Part shown: positions 18,134-28,688 of the stretch, in pieces
Position numbering within the stretch: position 1 is the stretch's first letter
Layout of the letters: each line of letters starts with the position of its first letter
Assembly: GCA_013329045.1 (NCBI GenBank)
Contig: DUKZ01000004.1
Location: forward strand, 14,171 to 78,170
Source: Candidatus Woesearchaeota archaeon
Lineage (GTDB): Archaea; Nanobdellota; Nanobdellia; Woesearchaeales; UBA9989
Direction: 5' to 3'
DNA: 64,000 nt
Made by a program: the position numbers and the translations under genes
The notes under the pieces: generated by a model
Database searches by the model: none
What the model saw: only the letters and a program-made list of their open reading frames with translations
What the model was told of the DNA's origin: nothing

Positions 18134-18928
18134 TTAAGAATATAATTCCCATAAGATCTTTGCCGCAACCTTTGTTGTGAGATTATCAACATCTTTTTCC
18201 GGATTGACTTCGACAATATCAAATGCCCGGACGTTCTTCAACAATTTTATCCTCTGGATAAAGGTGAGGAGTTCCCTTGTCGAAAGCCCCCCCGGTTCTC
18301 GATACCCAGTGCCTGGAGCAAACGCCGGATCAAGCACATCAATATCTATCGATACATACGCATGAGGCCATTCTCTCATGGATTCCGTGATGCCGTTGAT
18401 GACCTCAGAAATTCCGTTTTGCATGATCTGCTTCATTGTCACATGAGGTATCTTTTTTTCCTTAATGAACGCTATCTCGTTTCTGTCCCAGTTGCGCAGG
18501 CCGACAAGGAGGATTCGTTCAGGAGCGATAATGCCTTGGTTAATGAGTCCATTGATGATATCCTCCTGTGATGGAGGGGCAAAATCATTCTCGCAATCGG
18601 GATGAGCATCGAAGACAAGAAGGCCGATCCCGGGGTATTTTTTTGCTGCTGCTTTGACGATCGGGAAAGTGATTGAATGATCACCACCAAGGAAGATGGC
18701 TCTTGATGAGGAGGAGAACGCTTCGGTTGCCTTTTTCATAATTGATTCGTTTGTCTCTGAAAAGTTATTTGGGATAATGTGAGCTTGCTCTACCTCAAAG
18801 ATTGGTTGGAGCTTATCTTCGTTGAGGAAGAGCTCTTTTGTCTGCTCCATGATCATATCCGGCGCTTTTGCTGCGCCATTGCCATGCCCAAGACCGCCCT
18901 GGCCTGATGGGATCTTGATGAGTTTCAT
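18134..18928 (-). CDS. Ureohydrolase (agmatinase/arginase family)
   Basis: GGDHSIT, FDAHPD, SIDIDVLDPAFAPGTG, DIVEVNP; start at ATG 18928. Confidence 0.92.
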   Translation of the reverse strand: MKLIKIPSGQGGLGHGNGAAKAPDMIMEQTKELFLNEDKLQPIFEVEQAHIIPNNFSETNESIMKKATEAFSSSSRAIFLGGDHSITFPIVKAAAKKYPGIGLLVFDAHPDCENDFAPPSQEDIINGLINQGIIAPERILLVGLRNWDRNEIAFIKEKKIPHVTMKQIMQNGISEVINGITESMREWPHAYVSIDIDVLDPAFAPGTGYREPGGLSTRELLTFIQRIKLLKNVRAFDIVEVNPEKDVDNLTTKVAAKILWELYS

Positions 18929-18996
18929 GTCAGAAGCTGAATGAGGAAGGGTATAAAAAGATGGTGGGTACCCCTTGATAGGGGATGGACCGAGTG

Positions 18997-19320
18997 TCAA
19001 GGAGTATAAAAGGTAAAGATATATCCCCTTTGTTGCAATTTTTCAACATCAGCCGCAATAATCCTTTGCGCCTTTTCTGCTTCTATTCCAACAGTGTAGA
19101 AAAGCAGGGGAGTTCCCTGCTCTGAGACTGGCCCTATCTTTTCCACTAAACAATTCGTTGCTTCCTGGATGCCTATTACTGTTGCTGGAAACCTTGGATG
19201 GACCCCGAGCATAGAGATTTCGAAGCGGTGGCGCCCATTTGCGCTAGCATCATGGATGGGCACAACAATCCCGCCCAAAGTGAGTGTACCTATCCTGGTT
19301 CTTTTGGATGTGTCTTCCAT
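18997..19320 (-). CDS. Hypothetical protein
   Basis: 107-aa ORF filling the gap; no motif. Confidence 0.5.
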   Translation of the reverse strand: MEDTSKRTRIGTLTLGGIVVPIHDASANGRHRFEISMLGVHPRFPATVIGIQEATNCLVEKIGPVSEQGTPLLFYTVGIEAEKAQRIIAADVEKLQQRGYIFTFYTP

Positions 19321-19444
19321 AGACTAAGGGAATGGGCCAGCAAATAAAAATATTCTGGACTTAGATTAAGTAACATTTATATATAAGTAATTTTATAACG
19401 TATAATATAAGTAATTTATTGGTGTTATTCATCGGTAAAAGATC

Positions 19445-19600
19445 ATGAGGATCAAGCGAAAACTCTACAAGCGGGGCCCCAGCATGGAGACGACAATCCC
19501 AAAGCCACTGCTCTTTGCCCTCGACGAGAAGAAAAAACACAACATCATCTTTGTCTTTGAAAAAGGCCGATGGTATATCGAGTTTGAGGAGAGGACATGA
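19445..19600 (+). CDS. Small AbrB/SpoVT-like protein (51 aa; below the ORF-track cutoff)
   Basis: MRIKRKLYKRGPSMETTIPKPLLFALDEKKKHNIIFVFEKGRWYIEFEERT; ATGA overlap with the next gene. Confidence 0.7.
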   Translation: MRIKRKLYKRGPSMETTIPKPLLFALDEKKKHNIIFVFEKGRWYIEFEERT

Positions 19601-20433
19601 TGGCCAGAGAAGACCTTGTTGACTACATCCAGCACCGCCTCGACAAAGGCCATGATATCCTGGCGATACGCGAGTTCCTCCTCAACCACCACCCGGCAAA
19701 AGATGTCCATGAAGCGATCGATGCAGTCTATCAGCACGCATTGCGTGAAGAAGGAGAACAGCAAGAAAAGGATGCATTCAGGAAATCGCTCTTTACACCA
19801 ACACCGGGAAAAATGATCCTTCCCCTCCTTATTATCATCGCACTCTTCCTCCATTTCCTCGGCAATGCATGGCTCCTCCCAGCACTCAGCAGCGACCTTT
19901 GCAGCATTGCTAAATCCCAGGAGGGAATAAAAGAACAGCTAGCATCCCAGGAGCTAACAGATGAAGAGAGCCTCGGACTCAGCGCGCTTGCGCGAGTAGA
20001 ACTTGCCCAAAACATCGCCCTTGCATCAAGCGTACAAAACATTCTGACATTCAATTACCCATTTATCCTGCTTGGCCTCTCATATGCAGATCCCCTCTTT
20101 CCAGCCGCGTGCGAGACCCAGCTGATTGTACCCTCGCTCAACTGCAAGTATTACATGCCAAAAGAGGACTATGATTGCATAGCTGGACAAACAATCCCCT
20201 TCATCGACCAAACAAAGCCATATCGGCGCATCAGCCCAATAGAAATATTTTTAAATGCATTTTTCCTGATAGGACTGGGGTACGTGATCAACTGCTGGTT
20301 TATCCATATCCTGCAGAAAAAAAAGGGGGAACATCATGTCCGAATCATCATTGCCATTAGTTTTATCATCCTCATCAGTTTTGTTATCCTGTTCTATATC
20401 TATCTCCTTCGAACTATTGGTGCTCGCCTATGA
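19597..20433 (+). CDS. Membrane protein with an N-terminal small helical domain
   Basis: LVDYIQHRLDKGHDILAIREFLL N-terminus and several TM segments. Confidence 0.7.
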   Translation: MMAREDLVDYIQHRLDKGHDILAIREFLLNHHPAKDVHEAIDAVYQHALREEGEQQEKDAFRKSLFTPTPGKMILPLLIIIALFLHFLGNAWLLPALSSDLCSIAKSQEGIKEQLASQELTDEESLGLSALARVELAQNIALASSVQNILTFNYPFILLGLSYADPLFPAACETQLIVPSLNCKYYMPKEDYDCIAGQTIPFIDQTKPYRRISPIEIFLNAFFLIGLGYVINCWFIHILQKKKGEHHVRIIIAISFIILISFVILFYIYLLRTIGARL

Positions 20434-20912
20434 ATAAAGATCTTATTGCCTATATTAATAAGGAAATTGCAAAAGGATTCTCCCTCCATACTATTAAGAG
20501 AGCGCTGCTTGATCATGGATATGAAGAGGGAATTATCAGTGAAGCATTCTCCTCGGTCATGCAGAAACAACATGATATCCCCCACATTCATGAGAGGGAC
20601 TCACGAAGGCTGAAGGAATGGGTGAGAGAAACATTCGCCCCTCAAGGATCAACCGGCATCCTGCCAGTGAAAAAAGGAATACTCGGCGGAATGATCATAG
20701 GCATTTGCTTTTTTCTCTATCTTGGCATACTCTCCTTGATACACACCAAGAGGATTACCTGCTATTACCCAGGCATCATCACCAGCTGTTCTGGCGGTTC
20801 CATGCTGGCAGGCTTTTACCTTTTCTCATCTCTTGGCGTCTTTATCGCTTTTAGCGCGATCTTTGCTGTTCTTGCTGGAATAATCAGACTCATCTTGCAC
20901 TATCAACAATGA
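20430..20912 (+). CDS. Membrane protein with a similar N-terminal helical domain
   Basis: LIAYINKEIAKGFSLHTIKRALLDHGYEEGIISEAF and 2 TM segments; ATGA-coupled. Confidence 0.7.
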   Translation: MNKDLIAYINKEIAKGFSLHTIKRALLDHGYEEGIISEAFSSVMQKQHDIPHIHERDSRRLKEWVRETFAPQGSTGILPVKKGILGGMIIGICFFLYLGILSLIHTKRITCYYPGIITSCSGGSMLAGFYLFSSLGVFIAFSAIFAVLAGIIRLILHYQQ

Positions 20913-23542
20913 AAGACGAACACACACTCTCTGCACCCGAACTCTACAAGCTATTGCATACAAGCAGGCAGGGGCTGTCTTCTCTAGAAGCAATGCACCG
21001 GCTAAAAGAACATGGGCCAAATGTCCTCAAGCAAGAATCACCTATCAGCATTTTCAGGCTCATCGCCGAGCAATGCGCAAGCCCTCTTGTCTGGATTCTG
21101 ATCATCGCGGCGGTCATCTCCATTGTGGAACGCCAGGTACTGGAAGCTGAAGTGATCGTGGCTGTACTCATTATCAATGGAGCAATAGGATTCTTCCAGT
21201 CATATAAGGCAGAAAAAGCAATTGATGCCCTCCAGAAGATGACAAAAGTGAATGTAAAAGTCCTTCGTGATGGCAGAGAGGTGATCATCACCAGTGAAGA
21301 GGTTGTGCCGGGCGATTGCATCATCATCACTGAAGGAGATAAGATCCCTGCAGATGGGAGAATAGTTGGAGAGATCAACCTCGAATGCCAGGAGGCAGCT
21401 CTCACTGGGGAATCAATGCCGGTAAAAAAACATTCAAAGGAACTCCCTCCAGAAACAATGCTGGGCGATCGCAAGAACATGGTCTTTGCGGGAACAATTG
21501 CCACAAAAGGAAAAGGAAGTGTGGTGATTACCAGGACGGGCATGGAAACAGAGCTTGGATCTATTGCCAAGATGGTGACAAGAGAAAATCCAGAGCCAAC
21601 CCCCCTGCAACAAGAGCTCGATAAGCTTGGAAAGCTCATCGGCATCATCGTCATCGTCATCTGCATCATCATCTTTGCCTTTAGCATCCTAAAGAACGGG
21701 ACAACATCAAGGACAGAGCTTCTCATCACTGCTATCGCCCTTGCCGTTGCAGCCATCCCTGAAGGCCTGCCAGCGATCGTTACCATCTCGCTCTCTATTG
21801 GCATGCAAAAAATGGTCAAGAAAAATGCATTGATCAGGAAACTGCCTTCGGTAGAGACGCTTGGCTGCACGACAGTCATCTGCAGCGACAAGACCGGGAC
21901 ACTCACGAAGAATGAGATGACTGTCTCTTCCATTTATGTGAACAACACAATTGTCAATGTGACAGGTGCCGGGTATCATGCACAAGGCACATTCTCTGAT
22001 CAGCCTGAGGGAATAGGGCTCCTCCTCCAGGCAGGAGTGCTTTGCAATGATGCCCGATTCGATGGAAACAATGTCATTGGGGACCCAACGGAAGCTGCTT
22101 TACTCATCTCAGCCAAAAAAAGAAGGATAGAACAGGAGGAAGAGAACCTTCGTTCACCGCGCATCAATGAGCTCCTCTTCGATTCGCAGCGAAAACGCAT
22201 GAGCACGGTCCACAAAGAGAAGAAAAGGATACGCCAATATACGAAAGGCGCTGTTGATATGATGCTTCCCTGCTGCACGCATATCCTTATCGATGGAAAG
22301 CCAGCAAAGATGAGCATCTCCCAGAAGAAAAAAATCCTTGAGATGAACCACCACTTTGCCAGCCAAGCCCTTCGTGTCCTGGGTTTTGCCTATAAGGATA
22401 TCAAAGAAAAAGACGGCCCTTCAGAAGACGCCCTCTGCTTTATCGGCATGCAGGCGATGATTGACCCACCGAGGCAAGAAGTCCTCAATGCTCTCGAAAA
22501 ATGCAAAGCTGCAGGCATCAGCGTAAAGATGGTGACGGGCGATCATGCAGCAACGGCCAGCGCCATTGCATCGCACCTCTCCATTGAAGGGGAGATTCTC
22601 ACAGGCCAGGAACTCGAAGAGATAACCGATCAGGAACTAGAAGAGAAGGTTGAAAAAACAGGGATCTTTGCCCGCGTGAATCCTGAGCATAAGCTTCGGA
22701 TCGTAAAAGCGCTCCAAAAGAAAGGCCATGTCGTTGCCATGACCGGCGATGGGGTAAATGATGCACCAGCCCTCAAACGGGCAGATATTGGCATTGCCAT
22801 GAACCTATCAGGAACAGATGTTGCAAAGGAAGCATCAGAGATGGTCCTGCTCGATGATAATTTCACCTCCATCGTCAATGCGGTTGAAGAAGGACGGTAT
22901 ATCTTTGACAACATCCGGAAATTCGTCTTTTTCATGCTCTCATGCAATTTTGGAGAGGTGATCACAATCTTCCTTTCAATCATGATCGGACTTCCCCTGC
23001 CTTTGATCGCCGTCCAGATCTTATGGATGAACATGCTCACTGACAGCCTGCCAGCACTCGCACTGGGCATGGAGCCAGGAGACCCTTCTGCGATGCAGGA
23101 TAAGCCAAGAAAAAAGGATTCAGGCATCATCACGTTTGCCGGCATGGCTGGAATGATCAGCATTGGGATATTCATGGCGATTGGGACATTGCTCGTCTTT
23201 TCTTTCTTTATCCCAAGAGGCATCGCTTATGCGAGAACTATGGCATTTACCCTGCTCGTCCTCTTCCAACTCGTCCATGTCTTCAATGCAAAATTCCATG
23301 GAACAATCCTTCGAAAAGAATTCTTCAACAACCCCTGGCTCTTCCTTGCAATCAGCTTATCAGTGCTCCTCCAGGCAGTAGTCATCTATTCACCACTCAG
23401 TACGTATTTTGGCACTGTTCCCTTGTCTCTTGCAGACTGGGGGATATTGCTCATGACCTCATTTTCCATTGTTGTGCTCATGGAAACTACGAAGGGTATT
23501 TGGACCTGGAGGGGCACAGCACATCAGCCTTCCCACCACTAG
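20909..23542 (+). CDS. P-type ATPase, type IIA (Ca2+-transporting-like)
   Basis: LTGES, IPEGLP, CSDKTGTLT, KGA, TGD, GDGVNDAP, QILWMN. Confidence 0.95.
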   Translation: MKDEHTLSAPELYKLLHTSRQGLSSLEAMHRLKEHGPNVLKQESPISIFRLIAEQCASPLVWILIIAAVISIVERQVLEAEVIVAVLIINGAIGFFQSYKAEKAIDALQKMTKVNVKVLRDGREVIITSEEVVPGDCIIITEGDKIPADGRIVGEINLECQEAALTGESMPVKKHSKELPPETMLGDRKNMVFAGTIATKGKGSVVITRTGMETELGSIAKMVTRENPEPTPLQQELDKLGKLIGIIVIVICIIIFAFSILKNGTTSRTELLITAIALAVAAIPEGLPAIVTISLSIGMQKMVKKNALIRKLPSVETLGCTTVICSDKTGTLTKNEMTVSSIYVNNTIVNVTGAGYHAQGTFSDQPEGIGLLLQAGVLCNDARFDGNNVIGDPTEAALLISAKKRRIEQEEENLRSPRINELLFDSQRKRMSTVHKEKKRIRQYTKGAVDMMLPCCTHILIDGKPAKMSISQKKKILEMNHHFASQALRVLGFAYKDIKEKDGPSEDALCFIGMQAMIDPPRQEVLNALEKCKAAGISVKMVTGDHAATASAIASHLSIEGEILTGQELEEITDQELEEKVEKTGIFARVNPEHKLRIVKALQKKGHVVAMTGDGVNDAPALKRADIGIAMNLSGTDVAKEASEMVLLDDNFTSIVNAVEEGRYIFDNIRKFVFFMLSCNFGEVITIFLSIMIGLPLPLIAVQILWMNMLTDSLPALALGMEPGDPSAMQDKPRKKDSGIITFAGMAGMISIGIFMAIGTLLVFSFFIPRGIAYARTMAFTLLVLFQLVHVFNAKFHGTILRKEFFNNPWLFLAISLSVLLQAVVIYSPLSTYFGTVPLSLADWGILLMTSFSIVVLMETTKGIWTWRGTAHQPSHH

Positions 23543-23573
23543 AACCCTCCTCAACCACTAGAACCATCCTCAG
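23536..23573. repeat. 19-bp tandem duplication including the ATPase stop codon
   Basis: CCACTAGAACCCTCCTCAA / CCACTAGAACCATCCTCAG. Confidence 0.8.
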
Positions 23574-23575
23574 AA

Positions 23576-24133
23576 TTACTTTTTCGCCTTCTTTTTTAGC
23601 TTTCTCTTTATCAGCTTGATTCTGGTTGGCAAGCCCCTGTCGACACAGAGATTCTTGATGAGGATCTTGATCTCATCCAAGTCCTGCTGCATATTCTCTA
23701 CCTCCCACTCTGCCCGCCTATTAATGACATAATCCAAAATTGCCCTCGCGCGGTCCCGCTCTGCCTCACGATTCTGGCTCATCAAGATGATTGGCGCCTG
23801 GAGGGCAGCGAGGCAACTGAGCATGAGGTTGAGGAGGATAAAAGGGAAAGGGTCATGAACGATCATGTCACTATATGTTCTTGTGATCCACACGTTGATA
23901 ATGATCCATACGATGAGGAAGACCGCAAACAGGGAGATGAATGTCCAGCTCCCACCAAATTTTGTGACAAGATCAGCTAGCGCCTGGCCTCTTGTCAGAT
24001 TTTTAGAAGATTGGCCCATCGACGCTAGAGTTGGTTGCTTTGCAGAAAAGGAATGGGGCTCGATGTAATGGATCATCTGGGGCTTTTTCAGGATGGATGG
24101 TTCCTCGCTTGATTTTGGTTTTTCTTGTTTCAT
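23576..24133 (-). CDS. DUF1003 membrane protein
   Basis: ADLVTKFGGSWTFI, DPFPFILLNLMLSCLAALQAPIILMSQNR. Confidence 0.92.
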   Translation of the reverse strand: MKQEKPKSSEEPSILKKPQMIHYIEPHSFSAKQPTLASMGQSSKNLTRGQALADLVTKFGGSWTFISLFAVFLIVWIIINVWITRTYSDMIVHDPFPFILLNLMLSCLAALQAPIILMSQNREAERDRARAILDYVINRRAEWEVENMQQDLDEIKILIKNLCVDRGLPTRIKLIKRKLKKKAKK

Positions 24134-25149
24134 ACTTTGGGCATAAATCCCGCGATGAAGTGGCTCACCACCAGGAAGACTGAAAGCGAGCCAAGGACGA
24201 AGATCGGGATGTATTTTATCCCTCCTTTGATGTCTCCCTTCTCAATGATGGAGACAATCATTGAAGAAAAGAGAGAGATTGTCCCGAGCGCATACATCGC
24301 AAATACCTTGAATTCATCAGGGTTGATTGACACTTTGGAGAAATTCAACGGCACATTGACAACGGTTGAATAGGAATTAGCGCCAACCTTTGCCCCGATC
24401 TTACTGATAATAGACAAGAGAAGGTGAGAGACGGCAAACAAGAAAGGGGCGATAAAGACAACGATGATAGAGACGAAGATGATATAGGAAACAACGCTTG
24501 CCACCATCTCATTTTTTAGCGCCTTTACCTCCCGCAGATCATCAGTTATGCTGTCGAGAAGGTCTGCTACTCTTCCTCCTGATCCCACCTCGCTGATGAT
24601 AAGAGCGATGACCCGCTTTAGTGTTGGGCTGTCATAACTATCAGCGAATATTTGGAGGGATTCTGCCAGGTCCTGGCCAGTCATCACTTTCTTTGCCACC
24701 CGATCAATCTCAACTGAGAGCGTGGAAAACTGCGGCTGGATCGCCTGCCAGAGCGCATTTTCAAAAGACAGCCCGCCCCTCAGGTTGATAGACACCACCT
24801 GCAGGAAGTCAGGGAGCACCTCCTCCATGGCCCTGGTTCTCTGATAGATGACCATATCAAAATAAAACATCAGGCCAAACATCACAAAGACGGCAAGGGC
24901 AAGCTGGACACCAAACCAAGCAAGGAATGAGAATAAAGCAGCCTTTATTGGAGAAAACCCCTGCATCAAGGGTTGGAGATACATGACGAACGAAATGCCG
25001 GTGAGGACAAGGGTTAAGTAAAAGAAATTGCCAAACATGCCATAAGGGATATCCACATACCCAGCCTTCAACAGATATGACCGCAAGTTCGGCCGAACCT
25101 TTTCTGGAATGAATGCCTTTCCAAAGACCTCAGAGAAAATCAGCTTCAT
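24130..25149 (-). CDS. Type IV pilus platform protein (T2SS-F/TadC-like)
   Basis: MEEVLPDFLQVVSINLRGGLSFENAL, EVGSGGRVADLL, multiple TM segments. Confidence 0.9.
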   Translation of the reverse strand: MKLIFSEVFGKAFIPEKVRPNLRSYLLKAGYVDIPYGMFGNFFYLTLVLTGISFVMYLQPLMQGFSPIKAALFSFLAWFGVQLALAVFVMFGLMFYFDMVIYQRTRAMEEVLPDFLQVVSINLRGGLSFENALWQAIQPQFSTLSVEIDRVAKKVMTGQDLAESLQIFADSYDSPTLKRVIALIISEVGSGGRVADLLDSITDDLREVKALKNEMVASVVSYIIFVSIIVVFIAPFLFAVSHLLLSIISKIGAKVGANSYSTVVNVPLNFSKVSINPDEFKVFAMYALGTISLFSSMIVSIIEKGDIKGGIKYIPIFVLGSLSVFLVVSHFIAGFMPKV

Positions 25150-25955
25150 AGATTCACCGCCGGCCGAATGTTCCTGAAGATGGATATGAAAACCAGCTGG
25201 ATAAATGCAATCATGCCGATGATGAGAACATACACGACACTATCAATCCTTAAGTTAGTGAGTCCTACCATCACCATCGCAAAAGTGACCCCAATCGACG
25301 GCACAAGAATAGCCATCAGCATATAGATCAACGAAACAGAGTTGAGCTTCTTGGAATAAGCCTGAATCTCTGAGAATTGCTCTGCTGTCAGCTCTTTTAG
25401 GACTGATTCCAATGGTCCAGAAACATCGATTCCCAGGCGAAGAGCATTATTGACCTGCGTGAGGATTTTCCTCAATTTCCTTGACGCACAATATTTTATC
25501 GCCCGATCCATTGCCTTCTCAATCGGCATGCCCGTATTCACGTCATCTACGATCTCCTTAAAATATTTCGCCCCAACACCATATGTCTTTGACGCCTCTA
25601 TAAAAGTGTTAAAGATGGGGATGCCAGAGCGAAGCTTTATGAGCAAGAACCTGCCGGCAAAGAGCACCTCCCGATCGATGTCCCTTTGCCTTCTCCTGAT
25701 ATAAACAACAGGGAGGTTCATGAAAAACCGGAAGAAAAACAAGAACAAGAGGACAAAGACAAGAGGGTATCCCCAGAGAGGCATGACCTTGCTGAATAAG
25801 AAAAAACCAACAAGCGTGAGCATCAGAGCAAAAACAAGGGTGTTTGAAAGGCATTGCTGGACGAAACGTCTTGGACTCAATGGCAGGTGAGCGATCTCTA
25901 ATTGATCCTTGAGGAGGGGATATTTCCTGAGGATCATGTCAACGATCTTTGTCAT
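25146..25955 (-). CDS. Type IV pilus platform protein (T2SS-F/TadB-like)
   Basis: IDREVLFAGRFLLIKLRSGIP, GMPIEKAM, YSKKLN, TM segments. Confidence 0.88.
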   Translation of the reverse strand: MTKIVDMILRKYPLLKDQLEIAHLPLSPRRFVQQCLSNTLVFALMLTLVGFFLFSKVMPLWGYPLVFVLLFLFFFRFFMNLPVVYIRRRQRDIDREVLFAGRFLLIKLRSGIPIFNTFIEASKTYGVGAKYFKEIVDDVNTGMPIEKAMDRAIKYCASRKLRKILTQVNNALRLGIDVSGPLESVLKELTAEQFSEIQAYSKKLNSVSLIYMLMAILVPSIGVTFAMVMVGLTNLRIDSVVYVLIIGMIAFIQLVFISIFRNIRPAVNL

Positions 25956-27412
25956 ACCCTCCCCCGCAGCGCCTGCTCAAAGTCAGAGATAGATTTCCCC
26001 TGATAATACAATGAAACGACAAGCCCGATATCATGCACGTTCTTTATCTTTTTCTGGACAATCCATGCCAATATCTTTTTTTTCTCTGCGAGATTCTTGT
26101 TCACCTGCTCCTTTGACATCCCGGTATACAACCCCAGCGTTTCGTAGAGAACATTTGGCTCTTTTACCTTCTTGAGCTTGTCCGTCTTGATGTCATACTG
26201 CATAATCACCTGGGCATCACCTGCCGAGGTGACCTGAGCTACCTGAAACGTCCTTCTTTTCCCTGTCTTCCTGTCACGGTTCTGGACAATAATCATAGAC
26301 AAGGATGCCAGCATCAGCTTTGGCACATCGATTGGCGGATTGGTGAGCCTGGCTACTGTCTCTGGCGCAGTATTTGCGTGGATGGTCGCGTAGACGGAAT
26401 GGCCGGTGTGCATTGCTTCGAAGAGCACCTCCGCTTCCTTCTTCCTCCTAATCTCCCCTACAACAATACGGTCTGGGCGCATCCTAAGAGAATTGACGAG
26501 CAGGTCGAGCATGGATACTTCCCCTTTTCCCTCAGGGTTTGGAAGCCTTGTTTCAAGAGGCACCCAGTGGAGCATATTTGGAAGGGTGAGCTCCCGCGTA
26601 TCTTCGATAGAGATGACGCGGTGATTTGGAGGCAGGAAATTGGCGATGACATTGAGCATGCTTGTCTTTCCAGAACCGGTGCCTCCCGCAATGAGGATAG
26701 ATAATTCATGCTCGATCCCAAGCCAGATCAATGCGGCGGCATCAGCATCTATTGTCCCGGAATTGAGGAAATCGGTGATCGTCCAGGGATCAGCCGCAAA
26801 CTTCCTGATGGTGATCGTGTTGCCCTTTGTGGAGATAGGATACAACGTTGCATTCACCCTATCCCCCGTCTTTAAATGAGCATCCATCAATGGACTGAGG
26901 AGTGTTATTTCCTTGTTTATGTCACGGCCAATGAGCGTTGAATAATGCCGGATCCTATCCTCATCAGGGATGGTGATGTTTGTCTTGCACCACCCATGCT
27001 TGCGATGATAGACCCAGACTGGATCAGAAGAATTATTGATGACAATCTCTTCTAGCGCTGGATCCCTCAGAAGCACTTCAACATGGCCAAGGCCAAGATT
27101 CTGCTCAATCACATAATTTACGAGCAATTCGATCTTATGGTTATCCAGGTCTGGAAAATATTCATTGAGGATCGAGCGAATCTCATTCTTGAACCGATCC
27201 TTTATACCAGCCACGGCCTTCTGGGTGGAAAGTTTAGACTTATTGATGAACTCTTCCCGGATATTATCCAGGATAAGGAGAGTTGGTTTTGATACATTCG
27301 TCACCTCAGCGATATAATGGGGAACAAAATCCTCATCTGTCCGCTCTATTGCAATGCCTACCTCAATCTGCTCGAACTTGATTGTGTATGATTCAATAGC
27401 CACCTTACCCAT
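25952..27412 (-). CDS. Type IV pilus assembly ATPase (CpaF/VirB11/FlaI family)
   Basis: GGTGSGKT, SIEDTREL, LRMRPDRIVVGEIR, MHTGH..YATIHA. Confidence 0.96.
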   Translation of the reverse strand: MGKVAIESYTIKFEQIEVGIAIERTDEDFVPHYIAEVTNVSKPTLLILDNIREEFINKSKLSTQKAVAGIKDRFKNEIRSILNEYFPDLDNHKIELLVNYVIEQNLGLGHVEVLLRDPALEEIVINNSSDPVWVYHRKHGWCKTNITIPDEDRIRHYSTLIGRDINKEITLLSPLMDAHLKTGDRVNATLYPISTKGNTITIRKFAADPWTITDFLNSGTIDADAAALIWLGIEHELSILIAGGTGSGKTSMLNVIANFLPPNHRVISIEDTRELTLPNMLHWVPLETRLPNPEGKGEVSMLDLLVNSLRMRPDRIVVGEIRRKKEAEVLFEAMHTGHSVYATIHANTAPETVARLTNPPIDVPKLMLASLSMIIVQNRDRKTGKRRTFQVAQVTSAGDAQVIMQYDIKTDKLKKVKEPNVLYETLGLYTGMSKEQVNKNLAEKKKILAWIVQKKIKNVHDIGLVVSLYYQGKSISDFEQALRGRV

Positions 27413-27420
27413 TTGCCACC

Positions 27421-28038
27421 TTACCCATTTTCGTATGCTCTCAGCTTCTCTTGCATCACCTGGATATCAACATGCAGGCTCACTTCCTCAGTTACCTTCT
27501 TTACCTTCTTATACAGATCAATGCGCTGCTTGACATCATCTGATGGCACCCTATTGAACAGTTCATGGAGATCTCCTAGCGTCTTTTTGGCCAAATCATA
27601 TCTCTTGGATGAGAGTTGCAGCTCAATCTTGCTAGAGAGCTTGCCAATCTCCATTCGCAATTTGCCATTCCTCTCTTTGACACTTTGATACAAAGCGGTT
27701 GTGAGCTCCCGATAGCAGGAGATGAGCTCTTGCTGGAGGGTATATTTCTCCTCTAAGAACCCATGAGGGAACTTGGAAAAGAGGTCATTTGCCCCCTGGT
27801 AATGATCAGAAGCACTCTTCACGCCGCCAGATTTGAGGGCATTCTTTGCGCTTTTTATTCTTGCAAGGATCATTGCCATCATCTCTTTCATCTTGGGGTA
27901 GTTCTGAAGGTATATATCCTCATCAGTTGTCGCGCTAAAAGGCGGCAGCTTAGCCATTCCTCCTGCCGGCTTTGCGCTTTGCTGATTTGGAGCGTCTTTC
28001 TTCCCAACCTGCTCATCTAAAAATTTGTCTATATCCAT
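27421..28038 (-). CDS. Hypothetical helical protein in the pilus operon
   Basis: Co-oriented and closely spaced with the ATPase. Confidence 0.65.
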   Translation of the reverse strand: MDIDKFLDEQVGKKDAPNQQSAKPAGGMAKLPPFSATTDEDIYLQNYPKMKEMMAMILARIKSAKNALKSGGVKSASDHYQGANDLFSKFPHGFLEEKYTLQQELISCYRELTTALYQSVKERNGKLRMEIGKLSSKIELQLSSKRYDLAKKTLGDLHELFNRVPSDDVKQRIDLYKKVKKVTEEVSLHVDIQVMQEKLRAYENG

Positions 28039-28041
28039 GTT

Positions 28042-28449
28042 CTATAAGTGGGCTGCCTCAAATTTTTTCCACTCCTCACCAACATTTTTTAATTTTTTTG
28101 CCCTTGCATGCTCAAAAAATGACCTCCTGATGAGGTCCTTATTCTCGTTGAGATACCGCTGCCAGAGAATGGCAGCCTGCGGCTCTTCTACTCCCCGCAT
28201 TTTCGCTTTTTTAAAAAACTCCTCTTTAGAGATGAAAGAGAACGTGTCCCGGATAAGGAAGATATAGGGCGTTGTCAGATGATACTCAACACCGATCTTC
28301 TTTTCCTGAACCATAAAATCTACCCATTTCTGGACAACTGCCTCTGACATATTGATCCGCCTTGCAGCATCAGAAAGGGGAATCTTTTCCACTGATTCCA
28401 ATAAGGCCATGAGCTCATCGACTTTTGTAGTGATCTGTGTGTCAGCCAT
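28042..28449 (-). CDS. Hypothetical protein with a winged-HTH-like N-terminus
   Basis: ITTKVDELMALL...IPLSDAARRINMSEAVVQKWVDFM...IGVEY; start at ATG 28449. Confidence 0.65.
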   Translation of the reverse strand: MADTQITTKVDELMALLESVEKIPLSDAARRINMSEAVVQKWVDFMVQEKKIGVEYHLTTPYIFLIRDTFSFISKEEFFKKAKMRGVEEPQAAILWQRYLNENKDLIRRSFFEHARAKKLKNVGEEWKKFEAAHL

Positions 28450-28641
28450 AAGATATGCAAACTCCCTCTTTTTCACTAATCCTATCTTTAGAGGTTTATA
28501 AATGTTGCGGAGCTGATATGACCCCATCAGACATTATCAATACAAGAATTCTTTCACGGCAACATTCAACGATGAGGCGTCATAAAGGCCAGGAATAGCC
28601 TATAAGAGATCCTCTGTAGCCTATGTCGGTGGTGGATTGCT

Positions 28642-28679
28642 TTTTGTGATGCCGGGACAATTTTGTGATACCTGGACAA
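28642..28679. repeat. 19-bp tandem duplication downstream of a stop codon
   Basis: TTTTGTGATGCCGGGACAA / TTTTGTGATACCTGGACAA. Confidence 0.75.
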
Positions 28680-28688
28680 TCGAGATAC

